From Candidatus Omnitrophota bacterium (lineage in GTDB: Bacteria > Omnitrophota > Omnitrophia > Omnitrophales > Aquincolibacteriaceae), in the NCBI GenBank assembly GCA_903884815.1, contig CAISGE010000070.1, forward strand, positions 22,080-86,079: 64,000 nt of DNA, given 5' to 3'. A program made the position numbers and the translations under genes. The notes beneath the pieces were generated by a model. The model made no database searches. It saw only the letters and a list, made by a program, of their open reading frames with translations, and was not told the DNA's origin. Every line of letters begins with the position of its first letter. The stretch's first letter is position 1. This document shows, piece by piece, positions 28,275-37,887 of the stretch.

Positions 28275-29681
28275 CTAAGCGCCGCTGCGGATCACTTGAA
28301 TGAAAGCATTCACCACATCGGAGCGGAATTGGGTACCACTTACACGATTCAATTCGACAATGGCGGCTTCCATCTTGACAGAGACTCGATAAGGGCGCGT
28401 CGAAGTCATGGCGTCATAGGCGTCCGCGATCCCCACGATCTGGGACGACAGATCGATCTCGTCCCCCTTGAGCCCATCGGGATATCCTTTCCCGTCGACG
28501 CGTTCATGATGGGAGCGGATCACCCGAAGCAGCTCTTCATCGAGCACCGACTTCAGGATTTTCTCGCCTGTCGCGGGATGATCCCGGAGGGCCTGCCATT
28601 CCGAGTCCTCCAATTTTTCTTTCTTGGTCAGAATACTTTCATGGATCATGAGCTTCCCGATATCGTGAAGTTCGGCGACGTAGCGGAGCAGTTCGGCCTT
28701 ATCCAACTCCATCCCGAGCTTTAAGGCTGTCTTGTAACTGAGTTCCGCCACGCGCGCGGAATGGCCCTGGGTGTAGGGATCTTTGGCTTCAAGGGCACGC
28801 ACAAGCGAATGAGTAACTTTAAAAAAATAATCCCGCAGGCGCTCGCGCGATTCTCTGAGCTTTCCCGCCATAATATTGAAGGAATGGGCAAGCTCCCCGA
28901 TCTCATCGCGGGAAGTAAGCTTCACCCGATAGTCCAGATTTCCCGCGCTTAATTGACGCGTTCCCTCCACAAGGCGTCGCACGGGCCCTGAAACGCTTTC
29001 CGAGATCAAAATCCCAAGAACGCAACAAATCAGGATCCCTATAAGAAATACCACCAACATGCGCCGCTTAAGTTCGTCCTGCATCCGGCCTATGTCGTCG
29101 GCCATGATATCCACACCCAGGATCGCCACCGTCTTTCCCGACCGATCCAGAATGGGCGCATACCCCGATAACGTCATCCCCCAAGCATCATGTTCCACGG
29201 CCCGATCCGAAGTGGCGGACATGAATCCCTGTATCATTTCAGGAAAAGCGCGCGCGTCGTATAGATCGCCGGGCCGCGCCGGTTTTCTTTTCCTGTAAGC
29301 CCGGCGCCCGCGGTCGGAGGAAGATTCGACATCGACCAGAAAACGAAGGGCCCCCTCGGTTTCAGTCTTCGAAAGGATGTAGATGTATTGGAGGGGCTCG
29401 TTCATATCAAGAATCTTAATAAGATGCCGGGCGACTTCCCGATACGCGGGGCTTTGAACTCCTCCCCTCTCCATCGGGATCTCCCGAAGATTCTCGGGAT
29501 TAACCGCTACAGCGGCCGTTCCGGCAATCACTTTGAGGAAATTGCGCAATTGCTCGAACTGGGTATTGAGTTCACCTTTGAGAGTGTAAAAATTATGCAA
29601 TCCCATGACCAAGACCATCGCAAGGATCAAAACGAGCGTCACCTTGGTCTTAAAACTGTAAAAAAACGCGTGCCGCATCAT
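28275..29681 (-). CDS. HD-GYP domain c-di-GMP phosphodiesterase with a periplasmic sensor domain and HAMP
   Basis: TM1, a periplasmic domain of about 170 aa, TM2, HAMP (LSAGNLDYRVKLTSRDEIGELAHSFNIMAGKL), and an HD-GYP domain (HSARVAELS...LHDIGKL...SHHERVDGKGYPDGL). First ATG at 29681 with RBS GAGGTG. Confidence 0.85.
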   Translation of the reverse strand: MMRHAFFYSFKTKVTLVLILAMVLVMGLHNFYTLKGELNTQFEQLRNFLKVIAGTAAVAVNPENLREIPMERGGVQSPAYREVARHLIKILDMNEPLQYIYILSKTETEGALRFLVDVESSSDRGRRAYRKRKPARPGDLYDARAFPEMIQGFMSATSDRAVEHDAWGMTLSGYAPILDRSGKTVAILGVDIMADDIGRMQDELKRRMLVVFLIGILICCVLGILISESVSGPVRRLVEGTRQLSAGNLDYRVKLTSRDEIGELAHSFNIMAGKLRESRERLRDYFFKVTHSLVRALEAKDPYTQGHSARVAELSYKTALKLGMELDKAELLRYVAELHDIGKLMIHESILTKKEKLEDSEWQALRDHPATGEKILKSVLDEELLRVIRSHHERVDGKGYPDGLKGDEIDLSSQIVGIADAYDAMTSTRPYRVSVKMEAAIVELNRVSGTQFRSDVVNAFIQVIRSGA

Positions 29682-29705
29682 CAACACCTCACGTGGAAGA
29701 AATCC

Positions 29706-31106
29706 CTACTGCTTGGACTCCTGCTGCCAACCGCCACCAAGCGCGCGATAGAGTTGGACATAATAGAGCAGCTGGGAACCTTGGGTGCGAGCAAGTGCCG
29801 TCTGCGCGCTGTAATACTGCTGGTCGGCATCCAAGACTTCGATGTAACTGGAAAGTCCGCTTTCATATCGAATCAGTGAGAGTTTGGCGGACTCTTTCAG
29901 CGCTGTAACTTGCTTTTCCTGTTCTTCGCGAACTTTCTTTACCTTCTCAATACCCACCAATGAATCCGCCACCTCATGAAACGCGGACACCACCGTCTGT
30001 TTATAGACTGCGACGGACTGCTGCCATTTCGCCTTGGCGCCCTTGTAATTGTAAACATTCTTCCCGCCTTCAAAAAGCGGCATCTTGACATCCCCGCCGA
30101 TCGTCCAAGTATAACCTTCCGAATTAAAAACCTGAGAAGGATGTTCGCCCGCACCGCCCACAAAATTGTTCATATTTAAAAGCGGCATGAACTCCCCCAC
30201 CTTGACGCCCACAGTGGCATTGGCGGCTCGCACGAGTTGTTCCGCTTCCATAATGTCAGGCCGCCGCTTCAATATTTCGGAAGGAAGACCCGAGCCAGGC
30301 ATCTCCGGCACAAAAGATTGCTTGGATAAAGGAGCCGTCCTCTGAATGGGACCCGGATTGCGCCCAAGCAAGGCTGAAAGTTTGTTTTCCAGGATCGAGA
30401 TCTGGCGCTCGATCTCGGGAATATTCGCGGCAGTTTGCTGATAATCGGCCTCGGCCCGGGCCACTTCAAGCCCGGAAGCAGTGCCTCCTTGAAAACGCTT
30501 CTTGAAAAGATCCAGATTGTCGCTCCTCGTCTTCAGGGTCTTCTGGGCGATATCCAATTCAAGATCCAACTCGAGGATCGTGAAGTAGGTTTGAGCCGCA
30601 TCGGCCACAAGGGTCACCATCACGCCGCGACGCGCATCTTCCGTGGCTAAAAATTCCGCTTGGGACGCGTGAATGGACTGACGGATTTTCCCCCAAAGAT
30701 CCACTTCCCAACCTGTGCTGAACCCTCCGTTAAAATTCGAAGTCACATGATCCAAAGTCGGATTAAGAGCTTCCGAATTCCGGTCCCTCGAAGCACCGGT
30801 TGTCAGATCCGTATGAGGCATGATCTGAGACCGTGTCACACCGACTTGAGCGCGCGCCTCATCCACGCGTGCCGCCGCAGCTCGCAAATCGTAATTGTTG
30901 GCCAGAGTTTCACGGATCAATTCCTGCAAATTGGCGTCATTAAAAACTTTCCACCAAGGCAGATTGACCATCGATTCCCCCTGCTCCAGGGTTTTGTAAC
31001 TGCGGTAGCTCTGAGGCAGCTCCATGGCCGGCTCATGATAGCGCGGTCCGATCGCGCAACCGGAAGCGAATAGAACGATGGCAAGAAAGAGGATCACACG
31101 TTTCAT
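29706..31106 (-). CDS. Efflux transporter outer membrane factor lipoprotein, NodT/OprM family
   Basis: Lipoprotein signal MKRVILFLAIVLFASGCA, then the two-repeat TolC-like architecture with NodT-family motifs (LPWWKVFNDANLQELI, ADYQQTAANIPE...). Confidence 0.85.
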   Translation of the reverse strand: MKRVILFLAIVLFASGCAIGPRYHEPAMELPQSYRSYKTLEQGESMVNLPWWKVFNDANLQELIRETLANNYDLRAAAARVDEARAQVGVTRSQIMPHTDLTTGASRDRNSEALNPTLDHVTSNFNGGFSTGWEVDLWGKIRQSIHASQAEFLATEDARRGVMVTLVADAAQTYFTILELDLELDIAQKTLKTRSDNLDLFKKRFQGGTASGLEVARAEADYQQTAANIPEIERQISILENKLSALLGRNPGPIQRTAPLSKQSFVPEMPGSGLPSEILKRRPDIMEAEQLVRAANATVGVKVGEFMPLLNMNNFVGGAGEHPSQVFNSEGYTWTIGGDVKMPLFEGGKNVYNYKGAKAKWQQSVAVYKQTVVSAFHEVADSLVGIEKVKKVREEQEKQVTALKESAKLSLIRYESGLSSYIEVLDADQQYYSAQTALARTQGSQLLYYVQLYRALGGGWQQESKQ

Positions 31107-31136
31107 TGGATATTCTCCTATTAAAGTGACCGGAAC

Positions 31137-32261
31137 TTACTTCGTCACAGCGATTGATTTTCTAAAAAGCACAAGACTGTACAAAAAGAATCCGAGCCCC
31201 GTCGCCCCCACCATCAGGAACTGGGACCAGACCGCGCGAATCCCGCCGCCACGGTAAATGATGATCTGTGAAAAACTGACAAAATGTCTCGAGGGCAAAA
31301 AGAAAGTCAAGCGCTGCAGCCATTGAGGCTGGCTTTCAACGGGCGTCGACCCTCCCGAGAGCAACATCAGCATGAGGATCACCAGAATGATCAAAAGCGC
31401 GAATTGCGCCATCGACCGCGAGGTCGTCCCCAGAAAGATCCCGAGCGCCGTCGCGAAGAAAAGATAAAGGATCACGCCCAAAAACCACAGCAGATGCGAA
31501 CCCGCGAAAGGCACCCTCAAGGCCATCTCGACTACGCCAAAAAGTGAGGCGGCGGTCGCGATCAGAATCACCAGACCGTTGGCCCAAACCTTCGCCACCG
31601 CGATCTCAAATGCGGTCAGAGGCATCACAAGTAAGTGCTCCAGCGTTCCGTGCTCGCGCTCCCGGATTACCGCGGCGCCGGTCAGCACGATCGTCAGAAG
31701 AGAGATCTGATTAATGATGGCCACCACGCTCAGGAACCAGGAGGATACACCGTTGGGATTGAAGAGCTTGCGAACGATCAGATTGACGGGCAAGGCAACC
31801 TTCTCGTCCGTGCGCTTGAGAAAGTTAGAGATGCGCTTATTGATGATATTCTTAATGTAATTCGAACCGATACTGGCCTGTTGCATCGCCGTGGCGTCGA
31901 TATTGATCTGGATCTCCGGATTACGGCCGGCGCGAAGATCGGACTCAAACTGAGGCGGAATGACGACCACAAACATGAACTGCCCTTGATCCATGGTATT
32001 TTCGATCTCGTCGGCATTGATCTTCTTGGGGATCTGGAACCGCGGCGGATAGAACGCATTAAAGATCTCCTTCGACAGGGCCGAACCGTTCTCGTCCACG
32101 AAGGCGATCGAAGCGTTGTTGACTTCATTCGACGTCCCTGTCGCCTGGACATAAACCGCCATCGTGAACGCATAGATGACGAACAGAAGCATGACCTTAT
32201 CGCTCACCAGACTGCGTATCTCCTTCAAGCCCAGCCAAAAAATGTTCTGCAGTGACGCCAT
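31137..32261 (-). CDS. ABC-2 type transporter permease (YhhJ-like)
   Basis: N-terminal TM, a large periplasmic loop, and five C-terminal TM segments with the ABC-2 signature region. It lies immediately downstream of the RbbA-like gene. Confidence 0.85.
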   Translation of the reverse strand: MASLQNIFWLGLKEIRSLVSDKVMLLFVIYAFTMAVYVQATGTSNEVNNASIAFVDENGSALSKEIFNAFYPPRFQIPKKINADEIENTMDQGQFMFVVVIPPQFESDLRAGRNPEIQINIDATAMQQASIGSNYIKNIINKRISNFLKRTDEKVALPVNLIVRKLFNPNGVSSWFLSVVAIINQISLLTIVLTGAAVIREREHGTLEHLLVMPLTAFEIAVAKVWANGLVILIATAASLFGVVEMALRVPFAGSHLLWFLGVILYLFFATALGIFLGTTSRSMAQFALLIILVILMLMLLSGGSTPVESQPQWLQRLTFFLPSRHFVSFSQIIIYRGGGIRAVWSQFLMVGATGLGFFLYSLVLFRKSIAVTK

Positions 32262-32262
32262 G

Positions 32263-35058
32263 TTATTTCTCCTGCTTTCTGAGTCCCAGCATACTGCACC
32301 CCCATAAGATCGGAATACAACAGGCCAGATAAATAAGGTCCGGCATCATGAGCCAGATACTGATCCCCTTGGTATAGGCGCCCACGCTCGAGTGCATGTA
32401 ATAAGTGGTCGGCCAGAACGTACCGAAGAGCCGGGCCCGTCCTATCAGCGTCGAGACCGGCTGCAATAGGCCGGAGAACTGGACAGTCGGCGTGATGGTA
32501 AGGATCGCAGTGACAAAAACCGCCGCGACTTGACTGCTTGTAAACGTCGAGATGACCATCCCGATCCCGGTGGTCGTCGTGACGTAAAGCAACGTACACA
32601 ACGTCAGGAAGAGAAAACTGCCTTTGACCGGCACGCCGAAAATAAACCGCGCCATTGCTGCCAAAATAAAAAAGTTGATCAGTGCGATCGCGATATAGGG
32701 CAATTGTTTTCCAAGGAGATACTCCAGCTTTCCCGTCGGCGTGACATAGAAGTTGATCATGGAGCCAAGCTCCTTTTCCCGTACAATGCTGACCGCCATA
32801 AGGATCGCCGGGATCAGAACGAGCAACAGGGCCGGAACGCTCGGCACGATCGCGAACACGCTTTCAAAAGTCGGATTGTACATGAACCGTTCCTGAAAGG
32901 TCGCGGTGTTCTTCGGCGGGCCGGTTTGCAGTCCCATCGCCGGATTCTGAAGCATCTTATCGTTGACCCCCTGAACATACTGGGCCACGGTCTCGCCGCG
33001 AAAGGTCATCGCACCATCCACCTGTGCCAAAACATCGGGGGCATTCCCTCTCCGGAAGTTCCTGCCAAAGCTAGGAGGGATCTCGAGAAGTACTGAAATA
33101 TCGTCCGCCTGGAGACGGAGCAGGCCCTCGTCAGCCGAACGGACCGGCGGTGTATGTTTAAAATAACGCGGCGATCCGGCGAACTGCTCGAGATAAGCGC
33201 GGCTTTCCGGCGACTGATCGAGATCGTAGGCCGCATAGCGGACGTGTTCGACATCCGTGGTGATCCCAAAGCCGAAAACAAGCATGAGGAGCGCCGATCC
33301 AAAAAAAGAAAAAACAAGTCGCACCGGATCACGCAGGATCTGCATGGTTTCATTGCGGACGTAGGCGAACATACGCACAAGCCGCAACCGGAGCGCAGAC
33401 GGCTTTGAGGCCGTTTTTGAAAGCGCCGGCTGACCGGCCGCCGAGGCAGGACTGGCGGCTTTTTCCTTGTTTTTGATGCCGGCTGCGTCTTCAGCGGCGG
33501 CATCTTCCATGTACCCGATGAACGCATCTTCCAGATTCGTGGCGCCGCGCGTTTCGATCAACTTCTGCGGCGCATCACACGCAAGCACCCTCCCCGCGTT
33601 CATCAGTGAGATCCGGTCACAGCGCATTCCCTCGTTCATGAAATGCGTCGTGATGAAGATTGTCACACCCTGCTTCCTGGAAAGATCGATCAAGAGTTCC
33701 CAGAAGCTGTCCCGGGCGACCGGATCGACGCCGGAAGTGGGTTCATCCAGGATCAGTATTTTGGGTTCATGCAAGACGGCGACCGCCAGCGAAAGCCGCT
33801 GCCGCAGACCCATCGGCAAAGATTCGGCCAGAGAATCAAGATGTGCCCCGAGCCCAAACTTTTCAACAAGCTCCTTGATGCGTTCTTCTGACTTCTTCGA
33901 AGGAATGTGATAAAGGAGCGCGTCCAGAACCAGGTTCTGACGGACGGTGAGTTCGCCGTAGAGAGAGAACGACTGCGTCATATAACCCAGCTTCTTGCGT
34001 ACCTCGATACTGCCGGCCTCCACCGAACTGCCGAAGAGCGTCGCCGTTCCCTCGGTGGGAGGCAAGAGCCCCGTCAGCATCTTCATGGTGGTCGACTTGC
34101 CGCAACCGTTGGAGCCGAGGAATCCGAAGATCTCCCCGCAACCGATCGAAAGGCTGACGTGATCCACGGCGGTAAAACTGCCGAACCGGCGCGTCAGCCC
34201 CTTGGCATCGATGACAACTTCCGCTCCTTCCGTCACAAGCGGCGGTATCGTTAACTCGTTATGCCCTTTGCGTTTTTCTTCCGGGAGCAACCCGATAAAA
34301 CATTTCTCCAGATCTTCCGTGCCTGTCCGCTTCATCAATTCCTTCGGCGTTCCGGTCGCCAGCACGCGTCCGGCATCCATCGCCACGATCCAGTCCCACT
34401 TTTGAGCCTCATCCATGTAAGCCGTGGAGATAAGGACGCTCATACCGGGACGGCCCGCGCGTATATCATCAATAAGCGTCCAGAATTGGCGGCGGGAAAG
34501 AGGATCGACCCCGGTAGTGGGTTCATCAAGAATGAGCAGATCAGGGTCATGGACCAACGCGCCGCAAAGCCCGACCTTTTGCTTCATGCCGCCTGAAAGC
34601 TTGCCTGCGGGGCGACTGGCGAAAGGGCCAAGTCCCGTGGCCTCGAGCAGTTGCTTCACACGGATCGGACGTTCCTCGGCGGATAATCCGAAAAGCTGCG
34701 CCATAAAATCGACGTTGTCATAGACACTGAGTTCCAGATAGAGATTTTTTCCCAACCCTTGAGGCATATACGCGATCCGGGGGCACACAACATTCCGGTG
34801 GCGGATATCGGCCATATCCCCATCGAGAACCGAGACGGTTCCCTGTTGCATCTTTTTGGATCCGGCGATCAGGGCCATGAGTGTCGACTTACCGACGCCG
34901 TCAGGGCCAATAATGCCCACCATGATACCGCTGGGAATATCCAGGGAAATACCGTCCAGCGCGACAGCCTTGCCATAACGGTGAGTGACGTCTTTAACGG
35001 AAACTACAGATTTTCCGGCGGGCACGGTCGAATGCGGCTGAGAAGCGGGAGACACCAT
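32263..35058 (-). CDS. Fused double ABC ATPase and ABC-2 permease (RbbA/YhiH-like ribosome-associated ATPase / exporter subunit)
   Basis: Two complete nucleotide-binding domains: Walker A GPDGVGKST and GSNGCGKST; signatures LSGGMKQK and MGLRQR; Walker B LLILDEPT and ILILDEPT. The C-terminal domain has six TM segments of ABC-2 type. 931 aa, the same architecture as E. coli RbbA. Confidence 0.85.
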   Translation of the reverse strand: MVSPASQPHSTVPAGKSVVSVKDVTHRYGKAVALDGISLDIPSGIMVGIIGPDGVGKSTLMALIAGSKKMQQGTVSVLDGDMADIRHRNVVCPRIAYMPQGLGKNLYLELSVYDNVDFMAQLFGLSAEERPIRVKQLLEATGLGPFASRPAGKLSGGMKQKVGLCGALVHDPDLLILDEPTTGVDPLSRRQFWTLIDDIRAGRPGMSVLISTAYMDEAQKWDWIVAMDAGRVLATGTPKELMKRTGTEDLEKCFIGLLPEEKRKGHNELTIPPLVTEGAEVVIDAKGLTRRFGSFTAVDHVSLSIGCGEIFGFLGSNGCGKSTTMKMLTGLLPPTEGTATLFGSSVEAGSIEVRKKLGYMTQSFSLYGELTVRQNLVLDALLYHIPSKKSEERIKELVEKFGLGAHLDSLAESLPMGLRQRLSLAVAVLHEPKILILDEPTSGVDPVARDSFWELLIDLSRKQGVTIFITTHFMNEGMRCDRISLMNAGRVLACDAPQKLIETRGATNLEDAFIGYMEDAAAEDAAGIKNKEKAASPASAAGQPALSKTASKPSALRLRLVRMFAYVRNETMQILRDPVRLVFSFFGSALLMLVFGFGITTDVEHVRYAAYDLDQSPESRAYLEQFAGSPRYFKHTPPVRSADEGLLRLQADDISVLLEIPPSFGRNFRRGNAPDVLAQVDGAMTFRGETVAQYVQGVNDKMLQNPAMGLQTGPPKNTATFQERFMYNPTFESVFAIVPSVPALLLVLIPAILMAVSIVREKELGSMINFYVTPTGKLEYLLGKQLPYIAIALINFFILAAMARFIFGVPVKGSFLFLTLCTLLYVTTTTGIGMVISTFTSSQVAAVFVTAILTITPTVQFSGLLQPVSTLIGRARLFGTFWPTTYYMHSSVGAYTKGISIWLMMPDLIYLACCIPILWGCSMLGLRKQEK

Positions 35059-35165
35059 AGGTCAGATTTCCCAATTGACGTCGTTCATAAGATCAATCGC
35101 GAGAGCCGTCCGCACGCTTAAGCCTTTTCGTTCTCTGTGATGTTTCGACAGGATCGTTAGGATTC

Positions 35166-36206
35166 TTATTTAACCGCTGTTGCGGATTTTGGAACGGCCG
35201 GCTGAGCGTCTGGGACCCAGAGATTCTGCAACCAACTCGGCCAAACCGCGGAATCCGTCAGCTTCACATAACCCACACCACGGATCCCCGTCTTGACACG
35301 ATCAATGCGGGAAGCGATCAACTCCTTAGGGACTTGGATCTTGACCCGGAACATCAGCTTGTCGCGCTCACTGAGCGTCTCGACCTGTTTGGGAGTGAAT
35401 TGTGCTTCCGGGGACACAAAACTGACAAACCCTTGAGCGGCGCGTCCCGGAGCAAAGTCCACCGTGAGCCTCGCCTCAGCGCCCACCTTAAGGCCGGCCG
35501 CTTGTTGCGAGGGCAGATAGATCTCCATATAGACATCTTCCAGATTGACCAGCGTCAGCGCCTTTCCACCGGCCGCAAGCATTTCGCCGGGCTCAGCCAG
35601 GCGATAAAGAACTCTTCCCATGACCGGGGACTTGAGCGTTGCATCATCGATATGCGTCTGGATCGTCGTTACGTTCGCCTTCGCAACCTCCACTTCCTGC
35701 TTGGCCGTGTTCATCTTCGCTTCCTCTTCCGAGAGGGCAGCCGTATTGGTCGCTAAGGATGTCGTGCGGGCGTCAAATTCACGCTGGGACAGGGCATTTT
35801 GTTCGACAAGTTTCTTCGTGCGGTCATACTCGAGCTTCGCGTTGTCGAGCATGCTCTTCTGTTTGATAGCGGAAAAATTCGCGCTCGCCATACGTTCCTG
35901 TGCCGCTGCGACCCTCAACTTCGCCTCAGCCAACTGGGAATCGAAGGTCGAGGTATCCAGAACAACCAGTACCTGGCCCGGTTTGACGAGGTCCCCTTCG
36001 TCAACGAGGATCTCCTTGACCCTGAGAGCATCCTTGGCAACCGCATCCACCAATTTGGCCTCAATCCTGCCATTCCCCGAGGCGAATCCTTTCGGAAGTT
36101 CCGATTGTTTCGCTTTCAAGTATTGAAAACCAAAAAACGCAATTGCCACAACAGCAACCGCTAGAATGATCCTCTTCAGAGATTTTTTTGAAATGGCTGG
36201 GGACAT
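35166..36206 (-). CDS. HlyD-family membrane fusion (periplasmic adaptor) protein, YhiI-like
   Basis: N-terminal TM anchor, a biotinyl-lipoyl-like hairpin (VKPGQVLVVLD), a long coiled coil, and a C-terminal beta-barrel domain. Confidence 0.85.
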   Translation of the reverse strand: MSPAISKKSLKRIILAVAVVAIAFFGFQYLKAKQSELPKGFASGNGRIEAKLVDAVAKDALRVKEILVDEGDLVKPGQVLVVLDTSTFDSQLAEAKLRVAAAQERMASANFSAIKQKSMLDNAKLEYDRTKKLVEQNALSQREFDARTTSLATNTAALSEEEAKMNTAKQEVEVAKANVTTIQTHIDDATLKSPVMGRVLYRLAEPGEMLAAGGKALTLVNLEDVYMEIYLPSQQAAGLKVGAEARLTVDFAPGRAAQGFVSFVSPEAQFTPKQVETLSERDKLMFRVKIQVPKELIASRIDRVKTGIRGVGYVKLTDSAVWPSWLQNLWVPDAQPAVPKSATAVK

Positions 36207-36426
36207 GGGAGGCTCCTTAAGGGTTGACGATCAGAAGAAACAATCAGCATTTAGCGGCTCGTTGCAAGTGAGTCCTAACTGTCTTTGTATACAGATCGAG
36301 TTACAAGGAGAAACTTAACGACATACTAATCACAAGTGCTTTTGCACACAAGCTGAAAAGTCATGAGACCGCGAAAAATACACGGAAAGGAAAGAGGGCC
36401 AGTGTGTCAGGCGAGGGTCGCACTGA

Positions 36427-37176
36427 TCAGGCGGCTTTTTTTGTTGCGAGGGCTTCTATTTTACGGAGAAGATCACTGCTTTCCTTATAAGAAAGGATCT
36501 TCTCCCCGTCAAAAGACTTCATTGCTTCAAGGGACAGCGACTCTTTACAATAAACAAAAAAAGGAGTCTCCGCAACGGCGGGGCTTAGGCGAACCTCCAG
36601 AGCGATTTTGCGGGGATCAAAGATGTGCTCGTCTTCCCAGAACTGGCAAAAAACCATTTGGGGCTTTGATTTCTTGATCAACTGTGCCGCGTCCGCCTCG
36701 TGAAGGGCGGTGAGTACCTGAAAGTCGAACTTCCCCAGAAGATCCCGGATCTTGTTGACCAGAAGATCCTCAACCCCGGCAAGTACCACACATTTGGCCG
36801 AGTCTCCCCCCGGCTGCGCGCAGCCGATCAGGGCCTCGATCCGGCTGATAAGGAGCTTGCTTTCAAGAGGTTTTGGCAGAAATTCGATGTTACTGATGCC
36901 ATCAAAAAAATCCCGCATACCGCCGCGCGAAGAAATAATGATGGCCGGAATGTCCTTCGTCAGAGGATCCTTGCGGAGGATTTGCATTGCTTCGTAGCCA
37001 CTCATGATCGGCATCAGGACGTCCATGACGATCAAGTGGGGCTTCTCTTGCCGGGTGATCCCAAGGGCTTCTTCCCCATTAAAGGCAGAACAAACCTCAA
37101 AACCCGCGGCAGTGAGCCTTGGGGCGAGCAGTTGCACCATGAGGGGATCATCGTCAACGACCAGTATCTTCTTCAA
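36427..37176 (-). CDS. Response regulator with tandem receiver-like domains (second one degenerate), no output domain
   Basis: REC1: MKKILVVDDDPLMVQLL...VMDVLMPIMSGYE...KPL. The second half is REC-like in length and periodicity but lacks a clear acceptor Asp. Confidence 0.8.
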   Translation of the reverse strand: MKKILVVDDDPLMVQLLAPRLTAAGFEVCSAFNGEEALGITRQEKPHLIVMDVLMPIMSGYEAMQILRKDPLTKDIPAIIISSRGGMRDFFDGISNIEFLPKPLESKLLISRIEALIGCAQPGGDSAKCVVLAGVEDLLVNKIRDLLGKFDFQVLTALHEADAAQLIKKSKPQMVFCQFWEDEHIFDPRKIALEVRLSPAVAETPFFVYCKESLSLEAMKSFDGEKILSYKESSDLLRKIEALATKKAA

Positions 37177-37215
37177 AACGGCCCGTCCTTTACGAAGGGT
37201 TTAAAAAATGTCTTT

Positions 37216-37650
37216 TTACTTTTTTTCGCGCAAGCTCTTAAGGAAAAGGTAAAGAATGTCGGTAACGGTCGTGATCCCGACCACGCGCTTGCTGTCATCC
37301 ACGATCGGCATGCAGCCCAATTTATTTTGGGCCATGACCTCCACGGCTTTCTCGAGGGAGTCATCCGGCCCAAGCGAATAGACCTTCTGAATGACATGCT
37401 GTTTCAGAATATACTTGGTCAACTCCACGGGATCATATAAATACGCGCCATCAGGCGCCTTCTTCGGGGACGCAATACGATTCAGGTCCCGCTGGGAAAT
37501 GATCCCCAGGATCTGTCCCTGAGCATTCACGATCGGGAGATGCCGGATATCCCTTTTTTGAAAGATCTCCGCGACCTTGCAAAAGGGCTCATCGATATTT
37601 AAAGTGACGGGATCTTTGGTCATGATGTCTCTTAAGAGGATATTTTTCAT
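37216..37650 (-). CDS. CBS domain pair protein
   Basis: Two CBS motifs (IMTKDPVTLNIDEP...HLPIVN; VYSLGPDDSLEKAVEVMAQNKLGCMPIVDD). Confidence 0.8.
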   Translation of the reverse strand: MKNILLRDIMTKDPVTLNIDEPFCKVAEIFQKRDIRHLPIVNAQGQILGIISQRDLNRIASPKKAPDGAYLYDPVELTKYILKQHVIQKVYSLGPDDSLEKAVEVMAQNKLGCMPIVDDSKRVVGITTVTDILYLFLKSLREKK

Positions 37651-37887
37651 GATGTCCTTTCCTTGGCCCGATCTGGACTGTATCCAGAAGAGGGATTGAT
37701 TTTTTCACTATAATTATAGCACTTCAATCTTAATCGTCCGTGATAATTTCAAGAATGATATTTCTTACGGGACACGAAGGATTATCGTCCGCTTGCCGCA
37801 AGAGTTAAGAAGTTTCTATGCGGCGTTCGAGAAACCCTTAACTTTTTCGATAAACGCTCCCAACCCCGCCGGGCGCTCGATCCAATC

